From an uncultured Gammaproteobacteria bacterium (GTDB lineage: Bacteria; Patescibacteriota; Patescibacteriia; Magasanikbacterales; GCA-002688135), in the NCBI GenBank assembly GCA_964450455.1, contig CAYVCS010000127.1, positions 1-30,141 on the forward strand: a stretch of 30,141 nt of DNA. Direction: 5' to 3'. Positions 1 through 7,822 of the stretch are shown here, in pieces; the first letter of the stretch is position 1; each line of letters begins with the position of its first letter. The notes below the pieces were generated by a model. The model ran no database searches. It was not told the origin of the DNA and saw nothing but the letters and a program-made list of their open reading frames with translations. The position numbers and the translations under genes are program-made.

Positions 1-23
1 GCCGTTGTGGCCGTGTAAAGATG

Positions 24-1145
24 TTAGTGAACGTTTCTTTCATTGTGGAGTGGATTGCACATGAGTGTTTCTTCAATTTCTGACATACTTGTCTGAAAAG
101 CTATGTCACTTTGCGACGTTCTATCTGTAAGTAAATGAATATCCGCCGCACTAATTTGCAGTGGAATCGCATACGCTCTTTGAGTCATCGCGGAAATCAC
201 GCGATCCATCAATCCGAATTCATGACGGATGATTGTGAGTAGATGAGCATCAATACGCGAAATATCTGCATAGACTTCATCAGCGCCAGTCAAAAGTTGT
301 TGCGTTGCAATAACCAATTCACGTTCATCAAATCGTGGCATAACTGTTTGAATACGTGCTTCAACTTTGTTGAACAATTCACGTAATGCGTCAACACGAT
401 TTTGTAATATAGTACTCTTTGCTCGAAATTGACGAATACCTTCATCAATTTTTTCAATCATTTCTTCAGCGATAACACTGCCATGCGCAAGTGTTTCACG
501 AAACAACGATCGTTTTGATTCAAGATTCCAAATGACTTCATTATTTTTTTGAATTTCTGCAAGAAGTACACTTGATTCTCCAAGTAATAGCTCACGCGCT
601 GATTTCATACGTCGTTCAATAAATGTGAGAACATAATTTTTGAACGATATCTTTGAAGTCAGCGATTGTTTTTCGCGCAAATGAGGATGAAGACGAAATC
701 CAAATACGGAAGCGGCGATCGAGCCGATTGTAAAACTTGCGAGATGGATAGCGAGCATGAGGAGGAAGGCGGGTTCTATTTTCCAAAGTACTAGTGACCC
801 TAAACCACTTACCAAAAATATACAAAGATCCAACATAACGTAAATCGAAGCAACCACTCGTCTAAAAATTGCATATTCGTCTTTACTAACAGGCATGAGA
901 AGTATATCAGTTTCCTCCTTAGAGGAATATTTCATCAACGGATTCAAACCACAAAGAAGTGGTATCCATGCAACCGCGAGACCAAGTTTTGTTCTACCAC
1001 GAACTTCAATTCTATAGGGATCTTTTGTAAATCCATCAACTTGCTTTTCAATTGCTTCCAACAATTCGTCAGCCGTCTCACAATCTTCTATCCGTTTAGA
1101 ACTAGCAAACCATCTACTCGGCCACAAACGCTGAAACCATCTCAT
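24..1145 (-). CDS. Hypothetical membrane protein: two predicted TM helices (~aa 97-152) followed by a long coiled-coil-like region
   Basis: 373-aa ORF with a good SD (AAGGAG, 1153-1158) and its own promoter; hydrophobic stretch VVASIYVMLDLCIFLVSGLGSLVLW...FLLMLAIHLASFTIGSIAASVFGF; helical, charged C-terminal half. No family recognised. Confidence 0.75.
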   Translation of the reverse strand: MRWFQRLWPSRWFASSKRIEDCETADELLEAIEKQVDGFTKDPYRIEVRGRTKLGLAVAWIPLLCGLNPLMKYSSKEETDILLMPVSKDEYAIFRRVVASIYVMLDLCIFLVSGLGSLVLWKIEPAFLLMLAIHLASFTIGSIAASVFGFRLHPHLREKQSLTSKISFKNYVLTFIERRMKSARELLLGESSVLLAEIQKNNEVIWNLESKRSLFRETLAHGSVIAEEMIEKIDEGIRQFRAKSTILQNRVDALRELFNKVEARIQTVMPRFDERELVIATQQLLTGADEVYADISRIDAHLLTIIRHEFGLMDRVISAMTQRAYAIPLQISAADIHLLTDRTSQSDIAFQTSMSEIEETLMCNPLHNERNVH

Positions 1146-1181
1146 GTTGTTTCTCCTTTAATTGTAAAAGAACCTACCAAA

Positions 1182-1210
1182 ACAATAGCTTACTTTCAGA
1201 AAAAAGTCAA
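1182..1210 (-). promoter_or_regulatory. sigma70-type promoter for the 373-aa gene
   Basis: Minus strand TTGACT (1205-1210), 17 bp spacer, TATTGT (1182-1187), followed by the leader GTAGGTTCTTTTACAATTAAAGGAG. Confidence 0.6.
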
Positions 1211-1216
1211 GATTCG

Positions 1217-2362
1217 CTAGGTACTGCCGATAAGTTTCACCGCATCCGCGATAACGCGGGCGCTGTTGGCTTCAAAGAGGGATGGTAGAATACGATCTGG
1301 AGTTGGATTTTGTATCATTCCTGCGAGGGCGTATGCGGCAGAAAGATACATCTGTTTTGTGAATTTTGGTAAACGTGCTTCTAAAACTCCTAAAAATAAT
1401 CCTGGGTAGGCGAGAACGTTATTCACTTGGTTGGGAAAATCAGATCTGCCTGTGGCGACAATATATGCACCGCCTTTTTTTGCTTCGTCAGGCATAATTT
1501 CTGGTGTGGGATTTGCCATAGCCATCACAATAGATTTCGCGTTCATGGTACTGATATCTTCCGCAGTTACAATATTTCCTTTTGAAACACCTATAAATAC
1601 GTCGGATCCTCGCAATACATCTTTAAGAGATCCTCGTTCTGACGTTTTATTTGTTCGTCGCGCAATGGCACGTTTATAGATATTTGTTTCTTCTGTATCA
1701 CAAATCACTCCTTGTGAATCAACTACTTTCACGTGCTGAACCCCTGCATCAAGTAATAAATCTGCTATAGAAAGTCCTGCAGCTCCGGCTCCATTGATGA
1801 CAACTTTGACATCAGCAATATTTTTATCTGCTACCATAAGCGCGTTGATAAGCGCGGCTAACGTTACAACCGCTGTTCCGTATTGATCGTCTTGCATAAC
1901 AGGAATAGACAATTCTTTTTCAAGTCGTTCAATAATTTCATAACATTCAGGAGCTTTCACATCTTCAATATGAATTGCTCCAAACGTTGGTTGCAAACAT
2001 TTGACTGTTTGAACAAATTCGTCAACTGAACTGACCTTGAGACATAACGGAAATGCATCAAGTCCGGTAAATTTTTTATACAAAATGCATTTTCCTTCCA
2101 TCACAGGAAGTCCTGCTTCGGGACCAATATTTCCTAATCCCAAAACACTTGAGCCATCAGTAATTACGGCGACTGTATGCGATTTAATCGTCAGATTCCA
2201 CACTTCTTCCGGATGTTTTGCAATCACGCGACATGGTTCGGAAACTCCCGGAGTATACGCGATTGAAAGATCTTCTAGTGTTTCAAGGGGAAACGTTGAA
2301 ACAATGGACATTTTACCTTTTAACTCACGATGACGTCGTAGCGATTCATTTGAGTAGTCCAT
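1217..2362 (-). CDS. NAD(P)-dependent malic enzyme (short form, no PTA domain)
   Basis: Motifs AYTPGV, VITDGSSVLGLGNIGPEAGLPVMEGK, IEDVKAPEC, DDQYGTA, GAGAAG, ANPTPEI, TGRSDFPNQVNNVLAYPGLF. Confidence 0.95.
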   Translation of the reverse strand: MDYSNESLRRHRELKGKMSIVSTFPLETLEDLSIAYTPGVSEPCRVIAKHPEEVWNLTIKSHTVAVITDGSSVLGLGNIGPEAGLPVMEGKCILYKKFTGLDAFPLCLKVSSVDEFVQTVKCLQPTFGAIHIEDVKAPECYEIIERLEKELSIPVMQDDQYGTAVVTLAALINALMVADKNIADVKVVINGAGAAGLSIADLLLDAGVQHVKVVDSQGVICDTEETNIYKRAIARRTNKTSERGSLKDVLRGSDVFIGVSKGNIVTAEDISTMNAKSIVMAMANPTPEIMPDEAKKGGAYIVATGRSDFPNQVNNVLAYPGLFLGVLEARLPKFTKQMYLSAAYALAGMIQNPTPDRILPSLFEANSARVIADAVKLIGST

Positions 2363-2373
2363 ATTGTTTACAC

Positions 2374-2379
2374 ATTATA
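2374..2379 (-). promoter_or_regulatory. Candidate -10 element for the malic enzyme gene
   Basis: Perfect TATAAT on the minus strand 11 nt upstream of the ATG at 2362; no convincing -35. Confidence 0.4.
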
Positions 2380-2516
2380 ATGATGTTGATGATTATTAAA
2401 CGTCGTTTCTAATGAATCTTACGCAATAATTTTCTCACTCGCAAATGTTGGAATTTTTTTGTGAGCTGAAAATTAAATAATTTAAATTCTAACTCTTACT
2501 CATAATCAATCGCTTC

Positions 2517-2542
2517 TGGATCCCCGCTGCGGCGAGGATGAC
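2517..2542 (-). repeat. GTCAT-tagged REP-like palindrome
   Basis: Minus strand GTCATCCTCGCCGCAGCGGGGATCCA; stem ATCCTCGC/GCGGGGAT, 4-nt loop; intergenic just downstream of tatD. Confidence 0.7.
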
Positions 2543-2557
2543 ATGGACGGAATCATC

Positions 2558-3415
2558 TTAGGAAATTAAAAATAATACTTTAGCATTCTCTGTTGTTTGA
2601 TGCGCAACTTCATCTAAGGATACATGCTTAATGTCTGCAACTTGTTGCGCAATATAGGAAACATAGTGGGGTACATTTCTCTCTCCTCTAAAAGGAACTG
2701 GTGTGAGATACGGCGCGTCAGTTTCAATGAGCAAGTGCGTAAGGGGAACAGCGCGAACAGCATCATATAAGGTATCCATACTTGTTGCATCAGATTTTTT
2801 TGGAGGAAATGTGATAATTCCGGTAAATGAAACGTAAAAACCGAGAGCAATATATTCGCGAGCATGACTAGGCAGACTCGTAAAACAATGAATGACACCA
2901 CGACGTGCTAATTTTCCCTTTGATACATATTCTTTCAAAATTGCGATTGTTCTGTCATGTGCATCACGAATATGTAGAATGACAGGGAGATGTATTTCGT
3001 CGGCTAAATCAAGTTGCGCACGAAAAACTTGTTCTTGTTTTTCATGAACCATATTCTCGTCTAGGTCTTTTGGTATACGAAAATAATCTAATCCACATTC
3101 CCCTATCGCGACAACACGTTCAGATGAAAGGGCAAGTTGTTTATAATATGCATAATCAAAATCTTCTTCACGTGTCATAAATGGATGTTCATCTTCATCA
3201 ATATACACAGGAAACAAATGGTTCGGATGCAGACCAACACTACACCACAAACCATGTGGGTACTTTTCGGCAATCGCTATTCCATTATAACTTGTATCTT
3301 TTTGTGTTCCAACAGTTATCATCCATGTATCACGCGAAAGCGTGTCCACGATAACACTATCCATATCATTTTTGAAACTATTAAAGTGCACATGACAATG
3401 AGTATCAATCAACAT
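2558..3415 (-). CDS. tatD: TatD family metal-dependent DNase/hydrolase
   Basis: LIDTHCH, GLHP, IGECGLDY, LHIRDAH, VIHCF, ETDAPYL motifs. Start moved from 3526 to the ATG at 3415 (MLIDTHCH), overlapping the cvpA stop. Confidence 0.95.
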   Translation of the reverse strand: MLIDTHCHVHFNSFKNDMDSVIVDTLSRDTWMITVGTQKDTSYNGIAIAEKYPHGLWCSVGLHPNHLFPVYIDEDEHPFMTREEDFDYAYYKQLALSSERVVAIGECGLDYFRIPKDLDENMVHEKQEQVFRAQLDLADEIHLPVILHIRDAHDRTIAILKEYVSKGKLARRGVIHCFTSLPSHAREYIALGFYVSFTGIITFPPKKSDATSMDTLYDAVRAVPLTHLLIETDAPYLTPVPFRGERNVPHYVSYIAQQVADIKHVSLDEVAHQTTENAKVLFLIS

Positions 3416-3938
3416 ATTTTGGCAAATGGTCAGGAAGTCGGTCAAAAATAGTGATACTATTTTCAAGAACTGGCCATAAAATTTGTGAAGCAGTAATTGA
3501 TGATTGCGCAACTCGTGAATCATCAAATTGCGATGTCCAACCTTTGACGATAGGAAATTTTTGAGCGAATGAAAGAATTAGTCCTACAACAAGAAGACCT
3601 TCAATTAATCCAAGAACGCAGCCTGCCAAACGATTCAAAAGTCCAAAAAAAGGGACGATGTGTGTTGTGTCAAAAAATTTTTCTATAAGCATAAAAGCCA
3701 CGCCGCAAATTCTACTAAGTAGTATAAACACAATAATAAATCCTAGAATATGTGCTGTAGCATCTGATAGTTTAAATCGCGTGAGCAACCAATCTGCCAG
3801 AATAGAAAACCATTTACTTGCACCATATGCGCCAAGCATCGTTCCAAGAAGAGAGCCAAGCGTATGTAAAAAACCAAACCAAAAACCCAGTAGTGCAAAT
3901 AGTGCCAAAACGATTGCAAGTAGTAAATCAATGTTCAT
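3405..3938 (-). CDS. cvpA: CvpA family (colicin V production) membrane protein
   Basis: N-terminal D-hydrophobic helix then GFWFGFLHTLGSLLG; LNRLAGCVLGLIEG near the last helix; four hydrophobic segments; C-terminal SRVA..I motif. Confidence 0.9.
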   Translation of the reverse strand: MNIDLLLAIVLALFALLGFWFGFLHTLGSLLGTMLGAYGASKWFSILADWLLTRFKLSDATAHILGFIIVFILLSRICGVAFMLIEKFFDTTHIVPFFGLLNRLAGCVLGLIEGLLVVGLILSFAQKFPIVKGWTSQFDDSRVAQSSITASQILWPVLENSITIFDRLPDHLPKYVD

Positions 3939-3940
3939 AG

Positions 3941-5128
3941 TTATATATAACCAACGAGTGAAATTTTTAGGTGATGTATTTTAAAGCTTTCACGATACAT
4001 CAATGCTTGTAAAGCAAAAAAAGTTACCCACGCGTTGATATGTTTGTTAGGCAATACACCATCTATAGAATAAAAAAATCCTCCGCTATTCATGCTGTGA
4101 TGATACGCGCTACAAAGTCGTTGTTCTAAATGGTCAATTTTGTGCGGACTCGCTACACTATATCCGAGGGATTCTAGCGCACTCGACAATCGTAGTGTCT
4201 GCGCGATGACATCCATCCTCTGCAGTTGTGATGGTACACCATTGATAACAGACGCGGGAACTCCTCCATCTTCCGATTGATGAGACATACTCCATTGTAC
4301 AGCTTTTAAAATAGTGGGCAATAGTTCAGTCCGCTCTCGCGCTTGCGCATAATACAAGAGTCCTTCAGCGGTGTAGCTATGCGGGTGAAGTTCCACATGG
4401 TCACGATCTTTGAATGATACAAATGCGCCTGACGGCTGTTGAAAATTGAGTGAATAGGCAACTAATTTATCTAACGAAGCGTATAGCTCGCCATCATTAC
4501 GAACGCGGGCGTAATCAGATAATCCAATTAATGCTTTTGCGTGGTATGCTCCACTTTGTGTAGACCATTTTTCTGTATGATCAAACCAATCTTGTTTGAT
4601 AGCATCGTAATACGCATACATTGAACCATTAGATTTTTGTGATGAACATAAAAAACGAGCGAGAATATGAGCAGTATCTAAAAATGAATGATCGTTAAAT
4701 ACCTGAAAACACGCCATCAATCCATTTAAAACCATCGCGGTATCAAACACATATAATGTGTCTGCTGAAAAGTCAAAATGTTGATCATAGGTTGCGCTAT
4801 TTTGATAATATTTTCGAGTTCGCACTCCGCCTGAATTATGTAACGCAATTTCTTTAAGCCATTGATGCGCAATACGTGCTCGTTCGTGTAACATTGCTAG
4901 CTGTTGTGGTTGTTGACGTGCGAGATACGCAAAACATGAAAGTCCGTATCCAGTAATTTCACTATACATATACGGATATGTTCCATTTTCAAGGTCAAAC
5001 CATGCGTTAATAGCTCCGTTATGAGTAGGGTCAGACGAGTTATTTTGTATACCAGAATGTAAAATCCAATCTATGGTTGATGTTGCAAGTATCTCACGCG
5101 TGATTGGTTTTACGAGAGTTGTGTCCAT
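3941..5128 (-). CDS. (alpha/alpha)-toroid protein of unknown function (six-hairpin glycosidase / AGE-epimerase / prenyltransferase-repeat-like)
   Basis: YSEITGY motif and repeated helix-QxxxG(x)F/Y segments (QKSNGSMY, QQPSGAF, QSEDGGVP), HSYTAEGL, NAWVTFFALQAL. Fold assignment is by pattern recognition only. Confidence 0.6.
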   Translation of the reverse strand: MDTTLVKPITREILATSTIDWILHSGIQNNSSDPTHNGAINAWFDLENGTYPYMYSEITGYGLSCFAYLARQQPQQLAMLHERARIAHQWLKEIALHNSGGVRTRKYYQNSATYDQHFDFSADTLYVFDTAMVLNGLMACFQVFNDHSFLDTAHILARFLCSSQKSNGSMYAYYDAIKQDWFDHTEKWSTQSGAYHAKALIGLSDYARVRNDGELYASLDKLVAYSLNFQQPSGAFVSFKDRDHVELHPHSYTAEGLLYYAQARERTELLPTILKAVQWSMSHQSEDGGVPASVINGVPSQLQRMDVIAQTLRLSSALESLGYSVASPHKIDHLEQRLCSAYHHSMNSGGFFYSIDGVLPNKHINAWVTFFALQALMYRESFKIHHLKISLVGYI

Positions 5129-5140
5129 ACTTTCTAGGAT

Positions 5141-5507
5141 TTAGGAATTAGCTTGTTAGCTTCTTAGGACGTTGGCGGTCGCGACTTCTATTCGTGTCAT
5201 TCCCTTCAGCAGGACTAGCCCGACCGAGATCGGGAATCCACAACTCCGTCAACGTATACTAGGTTGTAGGAACTAGCTTCTTAGCTTATTAAGCGTTCAC
5301 GTTGGCGTTTCCTAAAAAGCTAACAAGCTAAATCCTAATATCTAGTTTAGCTAGCTTTTTAGCTTCTTAGGAAACTGTTACGTCAATCTCCTAAAAAGCT
5401 AATAAGCTAATTCCTAATGTCTAGCCTAGCTAGCTTCTTAGCTTATTAAGCGTTGACGTTCGTATTTCCTAAAAAGCTAATAAGCTAATTCCTAATACCT
5501 AGCTTAG
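5141..5507. repeat. Family A hairpin-repeat array (octamer CTAANAAG): three tandem 78/79-bp units plus a lone inverted arm
   Basis: Units 5273-5350, 5351-5429, 5430-5507 = 21-nt left arm + 17/18/17-nt variable loop + 29-nt right arm CCTAAAAAGCTAAYAAGCTAAWTCCTAAT + 11-nt linker; extra inverted arm at 5141-5168. Confidence 0.9.
5196..5240 (+). repeat. GTCAT-tagged REP-like palindrome, apparently interrupted
   Basis: GTCATTCCC...CCCGACCGAGATCGGGAATCCA; stems ATTCCC/GGGAAT and CCCGA/TCGGG; enclosed by a 9/10 inverted repeat (5169-5178 / 5246-5255). Confidence 0.6.
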
Positions 5508-5522
5508 CCTAGCTTAGTCGGA

Positions 5523-5552
5523 CAAAATAAAAAGTCACACTGTGTGTGACTT
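5523..5552 (-). terminator. Intrinsic terminator after the hexapeptide acyltransferase gene
   Basis: 9-bp stem AAGTCACAC/GTGTGACTT (5532-5540 / 5544-5552), 3-nt loop, running into TTTTTATTTT on the minus strand directly after the stop codon. Confidence 0.7.
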
Positions 5553-6174
5553 AAGAATACTTTATGATTTCATCATATGCAAGTATTGAAACTGTGATTA
5601 CCGCTTCGCATCCTTCACGAGTACACTGTAGGGTAAAAAATTCTTTTGTTTTGTCATCCATACTCACACGTTGAAATGCGATTCCACACTTACACACATA
5701 CTTAATAAATCGCGCGGGATGACCTTTTACAAGACAATAATCTGGAACAGAGTGTAATACTAATGAACGCATATGCACAAATGCATAACGACCAATGCTG
5801 ACACTTGGCGCAATTGATGACGCCATCCCAATTCTACATCCTTGTTGATATATGGTAGGTTTATCGTCCGAGATATCTCGGATACGATGCGATATCGGAG
5901 ATGGGTCATTAGCGTTTGCAACTTGCGGTCCGATAAATACATCGTCATAAACAATAAGTGGTCGATACAAGAGCGCGTGATTATGAATCATCACGTTGTT
6001 GCCAATTTTGACGTCGCGGTCAATATATACACCATTGCCAATCGTACAATTTTCTCCAATGACGGCTCCATCTCCAATTTGAACGAATGCCCAAATTTTT
6101 GTCCCTTTTCCTATTGTTACATTCTCACCAATGATAGAGGTCGCGTCACAGTACACACCTTCAGGAATGAGCAT
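5551..6174 (-). CDS. Hexapeptide-repeat (LbH) NDP-aminosugar N-acetyltransferase, WbpD-like, with C-terminal Cys cluster
   Basis: IGENVTIGKGTKIWAFVQIGDGAVIGENCTIGNGVYIDRDVKIG repeats, VFIGP, VPDYCLVKGHPAR, C-terminal CKC...CTREGC; SD GGGAG upstream. Confidence 0.85.
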   Translation of the reverse strand: MLIPEGVYCDATSIIGENVTIGKGTKIWAFVQIGDGAVIGENCTIGNGVYIDRDVKIGNNVMIHNHALLYRPLIVYDDVFIGPQVANANDPSPISHRIRDISDDKPTIYQQGCRIGMASSIAPSVSIGRYAFVHMRSLVLHSVPDYCLVKGHPARFIKYVCKCGIAFQRVSMDDKTKEFFTLQCTREGCEAVITVSILAYDEIIKYS

Positions 6175-7150
6175 GATGTTTCTCCCTTACAACTACTTTT
6201 TCAAAGAACCATTCAACATTCTTTCTTATTCCCTCTTTAATGTCAACAGACGTTGTATATCCAAACAATTCAAATGCAAGCGCAGGGTTACATCGCATGG
6301 TCTGTACTTCAGACATTCGCGCGTCTATATGCACAATATTTGAAGTTGAACGCGTGTACTCCTTAACCAAGTGGGCAACTTCATTGACTGTGACATCAAC
6401 ACCACTTCCAAAATTAACCGCGCGACCTATTGCTTTTTCATGTTCTCCCATAATAAGAAATCCACGAACTGTATCATCAACATAGGATAAATCACGTGTT
6501 TGGGTTCCATCACCATAAATCGTGATATCCTCTCCCGCGCACGCGAGTGCAATGAACTTCGGAATAACATCGTATGTGTGTCGTGGCCCATACGTATTGA
6601 ATGGACGAATAATCGCAACAGGCAATTTATAGGTAACATGATACGCAAACGCATATCGGTCGGCAGAAACTTTTGACGCTCCATACGGAGATGTTGGTCG
6701 TAATTCTGTGAGTTCATCAATCGCGCCAGAACAGTGTCCATATATTTCAGAACTTGAAGTAACCACAACTCTCTCCACGCCAGCATCCATTGCCGCTTGC
6801 AGAACATATAATGTACCTGTCGCGTTTGTTCTGTGAACTTCAAGTGGTTGCTTAAACGATTTGGGAACATACGCATCAGCCGCGAGATGAAAAATTATTT
6901 GTGGAGCAATATCTTTTATCATCATGACTGCATCAGGAGAACCAATGTCGCCTGCAATTATATGTTCAAGCTTTTCTTTGCAATGCAACAAATTTTTCAG
7001 TGTATTAACATGCGTTCCCGTAACAGAATTTCCGCGCACAAATATAGACACATACGCGCCTAATGCTATAAGTGCGTCCACGAGATGCGAACCCATAAAA
7101 CCGTCAGCACCGGTTACGAGAACGCGTTTTCCTTTATAGTAGTCGCTCAT
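6161..7150 (-). CDS. NAD-dependent NDP-sugar epimerase/dehydratase (extended SDR)
   Basis: VLVTGADGFMGSHL, HLAA, SSSEIYG, YGASK, RPFNTYGP, GDGTQTRD; SD AGGAG at 7156-7160. Confidence 0.93.
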   Translation of the reverse strand: MSDYYKGKRVLVTGADGFMGSHLVDALIALGAYVSIFVRGNSVTGTHVNTLKNLLHCKEKLEHIIAGDIGSPDAVMMIKDIAPQIIFHLAADAYVPKSFKQPLEVHRTNATGTLYVLQAAMDAGVERVVVTSSSEIYGHCSGAIDELTELRPTSPYGASKVSADRYAFAYHVTYKLPVAIIRPFNTYGPRHTYDVIPKFIALACAGEDITIYGDGTQTRDLSYVDDTVRGFLIMGEHEKAIGRAVNFGSGVDVTVNEVAHLVKEYTRSTSNIVHIDARMSEVQTMRCNPALAFELFGYTTSVDIKEGIRKNVEWFFEKVVVREKHHAHS

Positions 7151-7165
7151 AGCTTCTCCTTTTTG

Positions 7166-7822
7166 TTAGACAACACCGATTAATGCGGGAATTTCCCTTA
7201 ATGAACGTACTCCTAAATACGGAATTTGTAAAGCAGAGAATTCTTGCGCGGAAAATGTTCCTAAACGTGCGATGAATCCAAGTTGATTAGCATACGCCAT
7301 TCGCGCATCAGACAAAGAATCACCGACAAACAACATCGCATCAAAAGAAATATCAAATTGTTGCGTGATACTGTGTATATGATCTCGTCCCTTTTTAAAA
7401 CCTTTTCTAAATCCAAACGATGCATCAATCGGGAGCATATACCGACTGACATACTCACGAACATTTTCTTCCGCGTTATTACTTGAAATGATAGTTTTTA
7501 TCCCCTCATTTTGCAATTGCGTGAGCGTCTCTATAACGTCGTGAAATGGCGGCGTTCCAAACATTACCGACAATTTATTGTGTTCAAATTCTGACTCCGC
7601 AAAATTATTTCGCTGGTCTTTGCCTACAATAAGTTCAAGCTGTTCACAAAACGGCGCGCCTGATGTATCTATATATGCTTTCAATCCTTCACCCATTCTA
7701 ATGTCAAAAATTCTATAAAGCACATCTGCCGCAACTTCTGCATATCCATTCATCGTATCAGCAATCGTTCCATCAAAATCAAAGAGAATCGCTCGTGGTT
7801 TTTGAAAAACTTGAACACTCAT
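7166..7822 (-). CDS. HAD-superfamily hydrolase (phosphatase)
   Basis: Motif I LFDFDGTIADT, motif II ISSN, motif IV FVGDSLSD. Confidence 0.9.
   Translation of the reverse strand: MSVQVFQKPRAILFDFDGTIADTMNGYAEVAADVLYRIFDIRMGEGLKAYIDTSGAPFCEQLELIVGKDQRNNFAESEFEHNKLSVMFGTPPFHDVIETLTQLQNEGIKTIISSNNAEENVREYVSRYMLPIDASFGFRKGFKKGRDHIHSITQQFDISFDAMLFVGDSLSDARMAYANQLGFIARLGTFSAQEFSALQIPYLGVRSLREIPALIGVV

Noticed and set aside
3416-3526. 37-aa N-terminal extension of TatD
   Set aside because: It overlaps cvpA in another frame; TatD proteins begin at M(L/F)IDTH.
5155-5324. Integron attC site (GTTAGC and GCTAAC present)
   Set aside because: The cores are in the wrong order on both strands (attC needs RYYYAAC...GTTRRRY), and no integron integrase is in the window.
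5273-5507. CRISPR array (29-bp repeat recurring every 78-79 bp)
   Set aside because: The ~50-nt intervals are mostly the inverted copy of the repeat plus a conserved linker; only 17-18 nt are unique and two of those are related. No cas genes or leader are visible.
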